Shown here one piece after another: positions 1 through 9,690 of a stretch of 32,000 nt of DNA. Below the pieces are notes generated by a model. It did no database searches, was not told where the DNA came from, and worked only from the letters and a program-made list of their open reading frames with translations. The translations under genes and the position numbers were made by a program. The stretch is from Gemmata obscuriglobus (lineage in GTDB: Bacteria; Planctomycetota; Planctomycetia; Gemmatales; Gemmataceae): the NCBI RefSeq assembly GCF_008065095.1, contig NZ_CP042911.1, positions 2,850,001 through 2,882,000 of the forward strand, in the 5' to 3' direction. The stretch's first letter is position 1. Every line of letters begins with the position of its first letter.

Positions 1-810
1 CTCGGCCGTGCGTGCGTTGAGTGCGCCCAGCGCGTCCAGCATCGCGCGCCGGTTGCCCGCGCCCACGCCGTCCGGGTTCTGGACGTACAGGACCGGATCG
101 CCGACGCTGCGGAGCGCGACGCCGCTGAACTTGCCCGGCAGGAACCCGCTGGCCCACATCCGCGAGAACAGCGCCTGCGCCGCGGCGCCGGAACTCCAAG
201 AGGGCGTGAACACCACGAACGCCGGCAGGTCGTTGCTCTCGCTCCCCAGCCCGTAGGAGAGCCACGACCCCACGCTCGGCTTGCCCGGCGTTTCGCTCCC
301 GGTCATCACGAAGGTGCAGGCGGGGTCGTGGTTGATCGCGTTCGTGTGAACGCTCTTCACGAGCGCGATCTCGTCCACCCACTTCGCGGTGTGCGGGAGC
401 AGTTCGCTGACCCACATCCCGCACTGACCGTGTTGCGCGAACTTGAACATGGACGGCGCGACCGGGAGCCGGGACTGCCCGCTGGTCATGGTGGTGATAC
501 GCTGGCCCTTGCGGACGCTCTCCGGCAGGTCCTTGTCGAACTGTTCGGCCAGCTTGGGCTTGTAGTCCCAGGTGTCAAGCTGGCTCGGGCCGCCGTTCAG
601 GTGCAGGTAGATGACGGCTTTCGCTTTTGGCGTGTGGTGCGGGAACCCGGGCAGCGGCGGGTGGACGCGCGGCGCGGCTTCGGCGCCGCGGGCGCGGCCG
701 GCGCCGAGCAGCGCCATCGCCAAGCCGCCGAGCCGGATGCCCGTGGAACCGAAGAACTGCCGGCGGGTGAGGTCGACTTGCTGTTCGTTGAGAAGGTGCA
801 TGGCGGCCAT
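1..810 (-). CDS. DUF1501 domain-containing protein (sulfatase-like), N-terminal about 270 codons; 3' end lies beyond the window
   Basis: Absent from the ORF track because there is no stop inside the window. The reverse frame ending at base 1 reads MAAMHLLNEQQVDLTRRQFFGSTGIRLGG...KAVIYLHLNGGPSQLDTWDYKPK...SVHTNAINHDPACTF...LGALNARTAE. It has a twin-arginine signal (RRQFF) and the NGGPSQ-DTWDYKP motif typical of planctomycete DUF1501 proteins. It lies directly downstream of a DUF1549/DUF1553 gene, which is the usual pairing. ATG at 810 or 801. Confidence 0.85.
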   Translation of the reverse strand, partial: MAAMHLLNEQQVDLTRRQFFGSTGIRLGGLAMALLGAGRARGAEAAPRVHPPLPGFPHHTPKAKAVIYLHLNGGPSQLDTWDYKPKLAEQFDKDLPESVRKGQRITTMTSGQSRLPVAPSMFKFAQHGQCGMWVSELLPHTAKWVDEIALVKSVHTNAINHDPACTFVMTGSETPGKPSVGSWLSYGLGSESNDLPAFVVFTPSWSSGAAAQALFSRMWASGFLPGKFSGVALRSVGDPVLYVQNPDGVGAGNRRAMLDALGALNARTAE

Positions 811-941
811 TTGGTGGAGGGGATGCCGGAGCGCGGGCCTCTGGCCCGCTTCGCGATTCCGGTAGTATCGCTTTGCGGTATTGTCACACGCGACCACAAC
901 TGCGAAGCAAAGCGGGCCAGAGGGCCGCGCTCCGGCGCCGA

Positions 942-3900
942 TCAGTTCCGACTCACGGCTTCATCCAGGTTCAGCACGAGGTTGGCGATCATCGTCCACG
1001 CCGCCACTTCCGCGTCGGCCGCGGCGCCCTTCGGCTTCGACTCGCCCGCGTGAACCACCTTCTTCGCGCCGACCGGGTTCGCCGCGAACAGTTCCCGCTG
1101 TCGCTCCAGGGCGGCGGCGACGAGCTTCACCTCTTCGGCGTCGGGGCGGCGGCTCAGCACCGTGCGGTACAGGAACGCGATCCGCTCCTCGACCTCCTTC
1201 CCGCCCTCGGTGAGGACCCGTTCGGCCAGCGCCCGTGCGGCCTCGAAGTGCTGCACGTCGTTCATCAGTTGCAGGGCCTGGAGCGGCGTGTTGGTGCGGT
1301 CGCGGCCGGCGCACAGTTGCTCGCGGTTGGTCGCGTCGAAGTTCGTCAGGAACGGCGCCGGGGCCGTGCGCTTGATGAACACGTAGAGGCTGCGCCGGTA
1401 CAGCGCCGCGCCGTGGTCCTGGAGGTAGTAGCGGGTGTTGCTGTCGGCGTAGCCCACCGGCTCCCAGATGTTGGGCGGCTGGTACACGTTCACCCCGCGC
1501 CCGCCCATCTCGTGGCTCATCAGCCCGCTCACGAACAGGGCGTTGTCGCGCAACTGCTCGGCGTCGAGCCGGAACCGCGGCCCCCGGCTGAGGAGCCGGT
1601 TCTCCGGGTCCTTCAGGCGCACCGCGGGCGGCTGGGCGGCGTCGCGCTTGAAGGCGTCCGAGGTGACGAGTAGTTTTACGAACTTCTTGGTGTCCCAGGA
1701 TGAGCGGTACTCGCCGGCCAGCCAGTCGAGCAGTTCGGGGTGGCTCGGCGGTTCGCCCTGGGAGCCGAAGTCGGAACTGGTCTTCACCAGCCCGACGCCG
1801 AAGAACTGCTGCCACAGGCGGTTCGCCGCGACGCGGGCCGCGAGCGGGTTCTCGGGGGACGTGATCCAGTTCGCGAGGTCGAGCCGCGTCGCGCGCTTCG
1901 ACGGGTCGGCGAGCTTGAGCGGCGGGAGCGCCGCCGGCACGCCGGGCTGCACCTTGTCGCCCGGCTTGTCATACTGCCCGCGGAGCATCACGAACGAGTC
2001 GCGCGGGACCGGCAGGTCGCGGAACACCATCGTCCCGGGGATCGCGTCCGCGGCGACGGCGTGTTCGGCGCGGGCCGCCTCCCACTCTCGCTGAAGGTTC
2101 GCGAGTGCGGGTGTGGCGCCGCGGGCGACATGCGCGAGATAATAGGCCCGCAGCTTCGCAACGTCCTCGGCCTTCGGGTTCTTCGCCGGGCCGGCGGCAA
2201 CAACAGCGTTCAGACCGGCGGGCAGGCCCGGCGGCGCTTTACCGTTCAGCCCCTTCCACCACACCTGGAACGACGTCCGCGGGTCGGTCGCGGGGTTACT
2301 CGTGCCCGTCAGCGCGACCGCGTCCCAGTACACCACCCCGCCGTGTTCCTGGAGCGTTAGCGATGGGGCCGGCTGCTCTCCCTTCAAACCCAGGTCTTCA
2401 GCGTTGAGAGCGAGCTGAGCCCACGAGCCGGGTTTCGGGAGGTCGCCGACACGTGTGCCCAGCCCGCCTCGCGCGTAAGGGGACTCGGCGGTCGGCTCCT
2501 GGCCCCACCACACCTTCTTCCCGCCGGCGAACTGGACGGTGACGGCGCCGGGCGGCTGCTTCGGGTCGAGGTACACCCACGCCTCGAAACGGGCGCCCGC
2601 GGGGGCGCGGAGCGGGTTCCGGAATTGGATCGTGTCCTGGTGGAAGAACGTGTTCGCCTGGCGCAGCACGCGGCGGCCCGACTTCGCGCCGAACGCCGGG
2701 GCGGTCACCCAGTCGGCGGCGTTACGGGTGGTGTTGCTGCTGGTCGCCCCGGCCGGGAACGTGTCGTCGAGCAGCACCTCGCGCACCGCCACCGCCGGCG
2801 CGTCCGGGGTGGCCGCAGGGTCCGTGTATTCCGCCTTTGCGGCGGCCTCTTCGAGCGCCTTGCGGGCGCCGGCTTCGGCCTTGGCGGCGGCCTCGAGTGC
2901 GGCCTGCTGGGCCGGCGTCGGCACCTTCACGAACGGCCCGGTGGTGCTGACGTTGCTGTCCAGCGCCGGGTCCGCGCCGGAGTAAAAGAACGCGTAGAGC
3001 GAGTAGTACTCTTTGATCGAGATCGGGTCGAACTTGTGGTCGTGGCACACGGCGCACCCGGCGGTCAGGCCGAGGAACGCCTGCGTCGCGGTGCTCGCCC
3101 GGTCCACCGCGTTGCGGTACCGCCACTCGGCGTCGATCGACCCGCCCTCGCCGGTCGTCACGTTGCACCGGCTGAACCCGGTCGCGGTGAGCTGCTCGCT
3201 TGTGGGGTTCGGCAGCAGGTCCCCGGCGAGCTGGTACGTGGCGAACTTGTCGAACGGCAGGTTGTCGTTGAACGCCTTCACCACCCAGTCGCGGTACTTC
3301 CACATCTGCCGCTCGTTGTCGAGGTGGAGGCCGTGGGTGTCGGCGTACCGGGCGACGTCGAGCCAGTGGCGCGCCATCTCCTCGCCGAACCGCGGGTTGG
3401 CGAGGTAGCGGTCTACCATCTTTTCATAAGCGTTGCCGGCCTTGTCCGCGAGGAAGGCGTCGACCTCGGCGACGGTCGGCGGGAGCCCGGTGAGGGCGAA
3501 CGACACGCGGCGGATCAGCGTCTCGCGGTCGGCTTCGGCGGTCGGCTTCAGCCCCTCCTTTTCGAGCCGCGCGCGGATGAACGCGTCCACGGGGTGCCCC
3601 GCGCCGGGAGCCGACTGCCGGGCAACGGGCTCGAACGACCAGTGCTTCTGGTATTTCGCCCCCTGCTCGATCCAGAGCCGGATCGTTTCTTTCTGGGTCG
3701 CGGTGAGCTTCTTGTTCGTGTGCGGCGGCGGCATCACGCTGTCGGCGTCGTCCGTGACGATCCGCTTCCACACCTCGCTCGCGTTCGGGGCGCCGGGCTT
3801 GATGGGGAACGCGCCGTCGCGCTCCGCGAACGCGCCGTCGGGCACGTCGAGCCGGAGCTTGCCCTTGCGCGCCTTCGGGTCGAACCCGTGGCACGCGAAG

Positions 3901-4046
3901 CAGGCGTCCGAGAAGATGGGGCGCACGTCGCGGTTGAACTCGATCGTTCGCGTTGCGGGCGCGGCCGGGGCGGGCTTCTTGACGTCCTCGGCCCGACCGA
4001 CCGAGACCACGCACGCGAGCAGTGCGGTAACGCAGAGCGGCTTCAT
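942..4046 (-). CDS. PSCyt1 / DUF1549 / DUF1553 (PSD1) family planctomycete cytochrome-c-motif protein
   Basis: Tracked ORF 942..4115 (its first codon is TTG). The ATG at 4046 gives a signal peptide MKPLCVTALLACVVSVGRA. It carries the CFACHG heme-like motif and CAVCHDHKFDPI, and has the typical length of about 1035 aa. It is followed by the DUF1501 partner. Confidence 0.9.
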   Translation of the reverse strand: MKPLCVTALLACVVSVGRAEDVKKPAPAAPATRTIEFNRDVRPIFSDACFACHGFDPKARKGKLRLDVPDGAFAERDGAFPIKPGAPNASEVWKRIVTDDADSVMPPPHTNKKLTATQKETIRLWIEQGAKYQKHWSFEPVARQSAPGAGHPVDAFIRARLEKEGLKPTAEADRETLIRRVSFALTGLPPTVAEVDAFLADKAGNAYEKMVDRYLANPRFGEEMARHWLDVARYADTHGLHLDNERQMWKYRDWVVKAFNDNLPFDKFATYQLAGDLLPNPTSEQLTATGFSRCNVTTGEGGSIDAEWRYRNAVDRASTATQAFLGLTAGCAVCHDHKFDPISIKEYYSLYAFFYSGADPALDSNVSTTGPFVKVPTPAQQAALEAAAKAEAGARKALEEAAAKAEYTDPAATPDAPAVAVREVLLDDTFPAGATSSNTTRNAADWVTAPAFGAKSGRRVLRQANTFFHQDTIQFRNPLRAPAGARFEAWVYLDPKQPPGAVTVQFAGGKKVWWGQEPTAESPYARGGLGTRVGDLPKPGSWAQLALNAEDLGLKGEQPAPSLTLQEHGGVVYWDAVALTGTSNPATDPRTSFQVWWKGLNGKAPPGLPAGLNAVVAAGPAKNPKAEDVAKLRAYYLAHVARGATPALANLQREWEAARAEHAVAADAIPGTMVFRDLPVPRDSFVMLRGQYDKPGDKVQPGVPAALPPLKLADPSKRATRLDLANWITSPENPLAARVAANRLWQQFFGVGLVKTSSDFGSQGEPPSHPELLDWLAGEYRSSWDTKKFVKLLVTSDAFKRDAAQPPAVRLKDPENRLLSRGPRFRLDAEQLRDNALFVSGLMSHEMGGRGVNVYQPPNIWEPVGYADSNTRYYLQDHGAALYRRSLYVFIKRTAPAPFLTNFDATNREQLCAGRDRTNTPLQALQLMNDVQHFEAARALAERVLTEGGKEVEERIAFLYRTVLSRRPDAEEVKLVAAALERQRELFAANPVGAKKVVHAGESKPKGAAADAEVAAWTMIANLVLNLDEAVSRN

Positions 4047-4163
4047 TGGCACGGGAACCGGAAGAGTGGTTCGGGCAGGAGGCCTGATACGAACACTTCC
4101 GGAGCCCGTTGTCAACGGTCAATCTCGGTTCACCGGCCCGCGCCCGGCACGGGCGCCGCCGAT

Positions 4164-5546
4164 TCAATCGACGAGGGCGATCAGGTCCGTCACGCTGGTG
4201 AGCGTCTCCAGCTCCCAGCACCGGGCCAGGATCTCGTCGGCCCGCGCCTTCCCGTACCGCGGTTCCGCGACCCGCCGGAACTTGGCCTCGACCTCGGCGT
4301 CGGTCATCGGGTTTCCGGCGTGCCCGCGCGGGAACTCCACTTCCCGAACGAGCGTGCGGCCGTCGTTGAGTGTGACGGTGATTCGGTTCGGGATGCCGTG
4401 CGGGTACCGCGGGTCGAGCGTGCCGTCGTGCGTCACCTTCACCTTGCCGGTGAACGCGACCCGCTTGGCGTCGGTGAAGTGCGGCTCGTCGAACGTTTCG
4501 AGGTACACGTCGCCGTCGTACAGCGCCGCCGCGGTGCAGTACGGCAGCGAGTGGTCGGCCGTCTCCCGGGTCTTGGGCGCCCACGCCTCGGGGTACTTGC
4601 CGATGATGTTGTAGCTGGCCTCGAACGTCGCGATGTCGATCCGCTGCACCTGCGACACGTCGCCGCCGAGTTCTACGCGGATCTGAAGGGCCGCGTCGAT
4701 CGCGCTCTGCGAGTGATATTCGGCGGGCCAGAACTTGATGTACGTCTTGTTGATCATGAACCCGTCGGCGTTGCCCGACTCGCCGCCGAACGGGGCGGGG
4801 GTGAACGCTTCACGCGCCACCAGCTTGAAGAACCCCAGGTCGCCCTCGAAGATCGGGGCCGGGCCGGTCATGCCGTCGGCCGCGAGGGTGGCCGCGAACA
4901 CCCCGTTGCGGGCCGCGTTGGCGAACGCGCACCCCTTCCACATGCTCAGCTCGCCCGACCGCGTTTGCCGCAGCGCGACGTTGCACACGCCCGCCAGCCC
5001 GACCGTATGGGTCAGCTTGGTGACATCGAGCTTCATCAACTTGGCGGCGGCGACGGCCGACGAGATGGCGCCGTAGGTGACGTGATCGACCCCGTGCTTG
5101 CGCAGGCTCGCGGCGTCGCAGAACCGGCACTGGATCTCGTAGGCCAGCACTGCGGCGGTGATGAGGTCCTTGCCCCCCGCCCCGACCGCCTCGCCGACGG
5201 CCAGCACCGCGGCGAGGTTGTCGCTCGGGTGCGCCGGCTCCTTGCTCAGGTAGGTGTCGTTGAAGTCGAGGTAGCGGATCAGCAGCCCGTTGACGAACGT
5301 GGCCCACTCGATGCTCGACTTCCCCCCCCCCAGAAGCGACGCGCCCGGCGTGCTGCTGACCCGCGCGGCGCACTTCTTGGCGATCGCGTAGGCCTCGGCC
5401 GGCATCGCGCCGATGGCGGTGGCGAAGGAGTCGATGAACCGCCGCTTGGTCTCGTGGACGGCTTCCCGGGTGAGCGACTCGAACGTGAGGCCGGCGGCGT
5501 ACCCGGCGAGCCGCGCGGCCAGTGTCGGGGAGGACATCGCGAACAT
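4164..5546 (-). CDS. MmgE/PrpD family protein (2-methylcitrate dehydratase-like)
   Basis: 460-aa ORF. The N-terminus LAGYAAGLTFESLTREAVHETKRRFIDSFATAIGA, the later HPSDNLAAVLAVGEA, and the overall length are characteristic of the MmgE/PrpD family. Confidence 0.88.
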   Translation of the reverse strand: MFAMSSPTLAARLAGYAAGLTFESLTREAVHETKRRFIDSFATAIGAMPAEAYAIAKKCAARVSSTPGASLLGGGKSSIEWATFVNGLLIRYLDFNDTYLSKEPAHPSDNLAAVLAVGEAVGAGGKDLITAAVLAYEIQCRFCDAASLRKHGVDHVTYGAISSAVAAAKLMKLDVTKLTHTVGLAGVCNVALRQTRSGELSMWKGCAFANAARNGVFAATLAADGMTGPAPIFEGDLGFFKLVAREAFTPAPFGGESGNADGFMINKTYIKFWPAEYHSQSAIDAALQIRVELGGDVSQVQRIDIATFEASYNIIGKYPEAWAPKTRETADHSLPYCTAAALYDGDVYLETFDEPHFTDAKRVAFTGKVKVTHDGTLDPRYPHGIPNRITVTLNDGRTLVREVEFPRGHAGNPMTDAEVEAKFRRVAEPRYGKARADEILARCWELETLTSVTDLIALVD

Positions 5547-5633
5547 CCCTGGTGAGGTGGTGACGTGGGGATGTTGTACGAAGCGGCCTGTTCCGCCGGG
5601 CCGGAAGTGCGCGCCCGGACCGGCGGGGCCCGG

Positions 5634-6461
5634 CTACGCGGCGGCGCGCGCCCGCCCGCCGGGGCGGGCGAGTGTGCCGTACCAGTCGAGCGTTTCTTGA
5701 AGCGCTTCGGTAAATGAGGTCTCGGGCGCCCAGCCGAGCGGGTTCGCCGGCGGGGCCACGTCCGGCAGCGTCGGCGCGGCGCCGTTGAACACGTCGCGCA
5801 TGGCCGCCCCGAAGCGCCGGTCGCTCAGCACCCAGCCGCTCCGGAAGGGGTAATCGCCGGGGCCGCGCACCGCCACATCTTCCGCGACCCGCAGGCACGC
5901 CCGCGCGGCGTCGCGCACGAACACGTGGTCGGTCGCCGGCCCGTCGAGGAGGGGCGGCAGCCCTTCGCCCCCGTGGAGCGCCAGGGCGGTTGCGGGGGCC
6001 GTGCGGAACACCTTCCGGTCGCCGGGGCCGAACACCGCCCCGAACCGCGCGACGCTCAGCCCGCCGAGCGGCTCCGCGTGCCCGGTCAGGGTGAACGGCT
6101 GTAACGGCCGGGCCGCCACCACCGGCACCCGGCGCGAGTACAGCCGCACGGCATCGAGCACCGCGGGCGTGCCCCGGTCCGCGGCGAACGGCTCGGCCGC
6201 GGCCAGGTGGAACACCGCCGACACCTCGTGAACCGCCATCGCCGAGTGCAACCGGAACACGTTGTCCGCCCGGCCGCGAACAAAGTGGACGCGGCCGCCC
6301 TGTCCCGGCGCAAAAATGTCCGCCCCGGAACGTTCGTGGATCAACCCGACGACCGCGGCCCCGCGGTCGAACAGTTCGTGGCACACCGCGGCGCCCAGGA
6401 GCCCGGTGCACCCGGTCACCAGCACCCGCCGACCGGCCCACGGGGAAGTTGATTCGCTCAC
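5634..6461 (-). CDS. NAD-dependent epimerase/dehydratase family protein
   Basis: C-terminal part of tracked ORF 5634..7574. A GTG at 6461 is preceded by GGAGG 6 nt upstream. The Rossmann motif RVLVTGCTGLLGAAV lies near the N-terminus. The longer tracked ORF would overlap the opposite-strand gene at 6678-7568. Confidence 0.8.
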   Translation of the reverse strand: MSESTSPWAGRRVLVTGCTGLLGAAVCHELFDRGAAVVGLIHERSGADIFAPGQGGRVHFVRGRADNVFRLHSAMAVHEVSAVFHLAAAEPFAADRGTPAVLDAVRLYSRRVPVVAARPLQPFTLTGHAEPLGGLSVARFGAVFGPGDRKVFRTAPATALALHGGEGLPPLLDGPATDHVFVRDAARACLRVAEDVAVRGPGDYPFRSGWVLSDRRFGAAMRDVFNGAAPTLPDVAPPANPLGWAPETSFTEALQETLDWYGTLARPGGRARAAA

Positions 6462-6677
6462 CGGTGCGCCTCCGTTGCGCGTCGTGACGTGTGTCAAACC
6501 CCAGGGTATCGCCGCGCGCGGCTCCCGGTCAAGGCGGACCGCGGCGCGGTTCCGGCGGTCGGTGGTGGCGGAGGTCGGGTTGCGAAGCGGGGGGACCTCG
6601 GCTATACCGGCCGGTCCACATTCTGGCACACGCGGCAGGCCCTCTCGTGCCGCCGAAGTAACCAAGGAAGGGATGCG

Positions 6678-7568
6678 ATGAGCACCAAGCGCGGCGTTCA
6701 GACGGACGAGTCGCTTGAACAGACCGGCGAACTGGCCGCCTACGAGACCACCCGGTCCGCGGCCGACTCCAGCAGCGACAAGGCGCCGCCCAAGAAGGAC
6801 GAGGAGCACATCTCGGTGTTCTGGCGGGTGTTCGGCGGCACCATCCTGAGCATCGTGGCGCTGGTCGCGGTCACGCTCTACAACAACACGTCGTCCAGTA
6901 TCATCGAGCTGCGCGGGGAAGTGAGTCGCGAGCGCGAGGCGCGGGCCGAACTCGTGAAAAAAGACGAGTTCAACACCCGCACGACGGCCCAGTACGAGCG
7001 GATGCGGGCCATCGACACGATCAAGGTCGAACTGGAGGGCGTTAAGGAAAAGGTGAACACCAACACCGCCACGGTGGACGGGTCGAAGCGCGACACCATC
7101 GCCGCCCTTGATGCCATGCGTAAGGAAGTGGCGGCCCACGCGGACGCCATGAAGAAGGACGCGGCGGCGCTGGAGGTGCTCAAAGAGCGCGTGATACTGG
7201 TCGAGGGGGTCAAAAAAGACGTCGCGGCGATGGAGTCGCTCAAGGAAAAACTCACTACCGCCCTCGCGGACCTGAAAATCGTACACGACAACCTGCAAAA
7301 GCTGAGCACCGACGTGGAGCGGAACAAGCTGTCCGACCTGGAGCGGAAGGCGCTGCGCGATTCGCAGCACAAGCAGGTGGACGAGGCGCTTAAGGAGCTT
7401 CAGAAGGGGCTCCAGGACTGCCGCGAGAAACTGGCCCGGCTGGAAGGGGCACAGCCCAAACCCGGGACCGAGGTGCCGCGGCCGAACAGCGACGCGAACC
7501 GGGCGAAACCGGTCGCGCCCGGCGAGGTGAAGCCCGCCAGCGGCACGAAGCCGCCCGAAGATCAGTAA
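6678..7568 (+). CDS. membrane-anchored coiled-coil protein, function unknown
   Basis: ATG at 6678 is preceded by AAGGAAGGGA. There is one hydrophobic helix (VFGGTILSIVALVAVTLY), followed by about 200 aa of heptad-like K/E/A/L-rich sequence with internal repeats (EGVKEKV / EGVKKDV). GC3-rich codons. Confidence 0.6.
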   Translation: MSTKRGVQTDESLEQTGELAAYETTRSAADSSSDKAPPKKDEEHISVFWRVFGGTILSIVALVAVTLYNNTSSSIIELRGEVSREREARAELVKKDEFNTRTTAQYERMRAIDTIKVELEGVKEKVNTNTATVDGSKRDTIAALDAMRKEVAAHADAMKKDAAALEVLKERVILVEGVKKDVAAMESLKEKLTTALADLKIVHDNLQKLSTDVERNKLSDLERKALRDSQHKQVDEALKELQKGLQDCREKLARLEGAQPKPGTEVPRPNSDANRAKPVAPGEVKPASGTKPPEDQ

Positions 7569-7578
7569 ACGCACACCA

Positions 7579-7602
7579 ACCCGCCTGTGTCAGCAGGCGG
7601 GT
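7579..7602. terminator. stem-loop between convergent genes
   Basis: acccgcctg-tgtcag-caggcgggt: a 9-bp GC-rich stem directly after the stop at 7568, between the convergent coiled-coil and methyltransferase genes. No clear U-tract. Confidence 0.35.
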
Positions 7603-7656
7603 GGCGCTTACAGCCAGCAAAATTCCTGTCCGAGCGCTCGGGCGATTCCTGACTCC

Positions 7657-8529
7657 TTACCGCTTCAACGGCTGGCGCTTCCGCACCGGCGCCACAGCCG
7701 GGACCGGGCGGGCCGGCGCACACGCCTCTCCGAACTCGATCATCTGCAACCGCTTCCGCACGCCGTCCGCGTACTGTTCGGACAGCTCCACCCCGAAGTA
7801 CCGGCGGCCCAACTTCTTCGCGACCGCCAGCGTGGTGCCACTGCCCGCAAAAGGGTCCAGCACCAGGTCACCCGGTTTCGATGCCACCCGGATGACGCGG
7901 TCCAGCACCGCCTCCGGCATCTGGCACTTGTGGCCGGCCTCGTTCCGCTCGTGGAAGGTGCCGCAGATCCGCGGGACGTGCCACGTGTCGCTGTCCGGCG
8001 CGAAGTGCGCGTCGGACTCCTGCGGCCGCAGCACCCAGGTGTCGTCCGGCAGCTTACCGACCGGGTTCGCCCGCTTGTCCGCGTAAGTGGTCATGCGCGC
8101 GGAGGGCACCCGCACCTCGTCCGGAAAGAACTGATGGTTCTTCGGGTCGCGCACGTAATACAGAATGTGTGCGTGGCTCCGGTTGAACTTCTTCGAGCAG
8201 TTCACGCCGAACGTGTAGTGCCACACCACCCAGTTCCGCATGGTGAGTCCGAGCGCGTCGAGTCGCACCTTGTGCTCGGCCACGAACTCGTCGCCAATGG
8301 CCAGGAACAGCGACCCGTGCGGCGCCAGCACCCGGACCGCGGCGGCGAGCCACTTTTCGGTCCAGGTGAGGTAGTCGGCCTTCGCCCGCTTGTCGTCGTA
8401 CACGTCGTACTGGTAGCCGATGTTGAACGGCGGGTCGGCGAACACCAGGTCCGCGCACCCGGCGGGTAAGGTGTTCAGCACCTGAACGCAGTCGCCCTCG
8501 GCCACGTCGTTAAATTCGTCTTTCCGCAT
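7657..8529 (-). CDS. site-specific DNA methyltransferase, beta-class N6A/N4C (N-4/N-6 methylase family)
   Basis: Motif IV DPPFNIGY lies N-terminal and motif I DPFAGSGTTLAVAKKLGR lies C-terminal, which is the beta-class permutation. GTFHERNEAGHKCQMPEAV resembles the conserved HP-TQKP region. The ATG at 8529 has GGAAGGGG upstream. The tracked ORF extends to an ATG at 8574. Confidence 0.85.
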   Translation of the reverse strand: MRKDEFNDVAEGDCVQVLNTLPAGCADLVFADPPFNIGYQYDVYDDKRAKADYLTWTEKWLAAAVRVLAPHGSLFLAIGDEFVAEHKVRLDALGLTMRNWVVWHYTFGVNCSKKFNRSHAHILYYVRDPKNHQFFPDEVRVPSARMTTYADKRANPVGKLPDDTWVLRPQESDAHFAPDSDTWHVPRICGTFHERNEAGHKCQMPEAVLDRVIRVASKPGDLVLDPFAGSGTTLAVAKKLGRRYFGVELSEQYADGVRKRLQMIEFGEACAPARPVPAVAPVRKRQPLKR

Positions 8530-8788
8530 CCCAGACCCCTTCCGGGCACAACCGCGAGTGTCTCGCCCACCCATACAGCTAGAACGCCCCGTACAACCGC
8601 GCCACTTTACTCGCCGCGTGAGCCGGGGAAAAGGTGACCGGTCGCGTTAGCCTGTAGCGGTCGCGTGGGCTGTGCCGGGAAGTTGGCCTAGCGGGGGGCG
8701 GGCGGGGTCGCTAATCTCTCCAGCCCGAGCGGGTCGGGCGCGCCCAATACGCCTCGCCCGCCGCGACCGGTTGCCTGTGGGAGCACGG

Positions 8789-9595
8789 ATGTTCCGCCAC
8801 CTGTCCGCCATCTGGACCGCACGTCATTTCCTGCTCGCGCTGGTGAAGCTGGACCTGCGCCTCCGCTACCGCCGGTCGGTGCTCGGCATCGGCTGGTCGC
8901 TGCTGCACCCGCTGGCCATGACGGCGGTGTTCACGGTGGTGTTCAGCCAACTGTTCGGGGGCGGGGACCCGGTGGGCTACGCCGCGTACGCGCTGGCGGG
9001 GCTGGCCGTGTGGGCGTTCCTGCGGGAGGCCGCGACGCTCGGCAGCAAGGCGTTCCTGCTGAACGAGTCGTACATCCGGCAGAGCCCCATGCCGTACACG
9101 ATTTACACGCTCCGCACCGTCCTGGGGCAGGTCACGCACGCGTGCCTGGCGCTCACGGTGGTGGTGGCGCTGGTGGCCGTCTGGAAGCAGGACGCGGGCG
9201 TGCTGGTGGGGGTGCTGCTGGCGGTCCCCGGGCTGCTCCTGGCGGTCGTCGCCGCGTGGGCGGTCGCCACCATCGGCGCGTTCCTCACCGCGTTCTTCCA
9301 CGACGTGGCGCACCTGCTCGAGGTGGGCGCGCAGATCGGGTTCTACCTCACGCCGATCATGTACCGGCGCAGCGTACTGGACGACCGCGGGCTGGGCTGG
9401 CTCGCGGACATCAACCCGGTGAACATGTTTCTGACGCTGATCCGCGATCCGCTGCTGATCGGCGTGCCGACCGGGGCGCAACTGGCCCAGTGGGGCGGCG
9501 CGTACCTGGCGGCGCTGGCGTTCACCACGGTGCTGGTGGCGCTGGCCGTCGGCATCGTGAGCTGGCTCCAGAAGAAGGTGATTTTCCACCTGTAA
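8789..9595 (+). CDS. ABC-2 type polysaccharide/O-antigen export permease (Wzm/TagG/KpsM-like)
   Basis: From ATG 8789 it reads MFRHLSAIWTARHFLLALVKLDLRLRYRRSVLGIGWSLLHPL, the hallmark N-terminus of ABC-2 permeases. It has about 6 hydrophobic segments and is followed by the cognate ATPase. Confidence 0.85.
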   Translation: MFRHLSAIWTARHFLLALVKLDLRLRYRRSVLGIGWSLLHPLAMTAVFTVVFSQLFGGGDPVGYAAYALAGLAVWAFLREAATLGSKAFLLNESYIRQSPMPYTIYTLRTVLGQVTHACLALTVVVALVAVWKQDAGVLVGVLLAVPGLLLAVVAAWAVATIGAFLTAFFHDVAHLLEVGAQIGFYLTPIMYRRSVLDDRGLGWLADINPVNMFLTLIRDPLLIGVPTGAQLAQWGGAYLAALAFTTVLVALAVGIVSWLQKKVIFHL

Positions 9596-9690
9596 GTCGG
9601 GGCCGGGGACCGGGACGCCGGGGCCGCCCCGCTGCGGCTCTGTTCTCTTACCTCTGTGGCTCTGCCCTCTGACTCCTGAGACCTGCCGCC

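Noticed and set aside
2625-5555. 976-aa plus-strand ORF
   Set aside because: It is antisense to two well-supported minus-strand genes (PSD1-family and MmgE/PrpD). Its composition is dominated by R/G/V/E/L/P with no motifs, which is a typical shadow ORF in GC-rich DNA.
6462-7574. N-terminal extension of the epimerase ORF to 646 aa
   Set aside because: The extension is antisense to the coiled-coil gene and lacks protein-like composition. The Rossmann motif sits right after a GTG at 6461 that has a strong GGAGG RBS.
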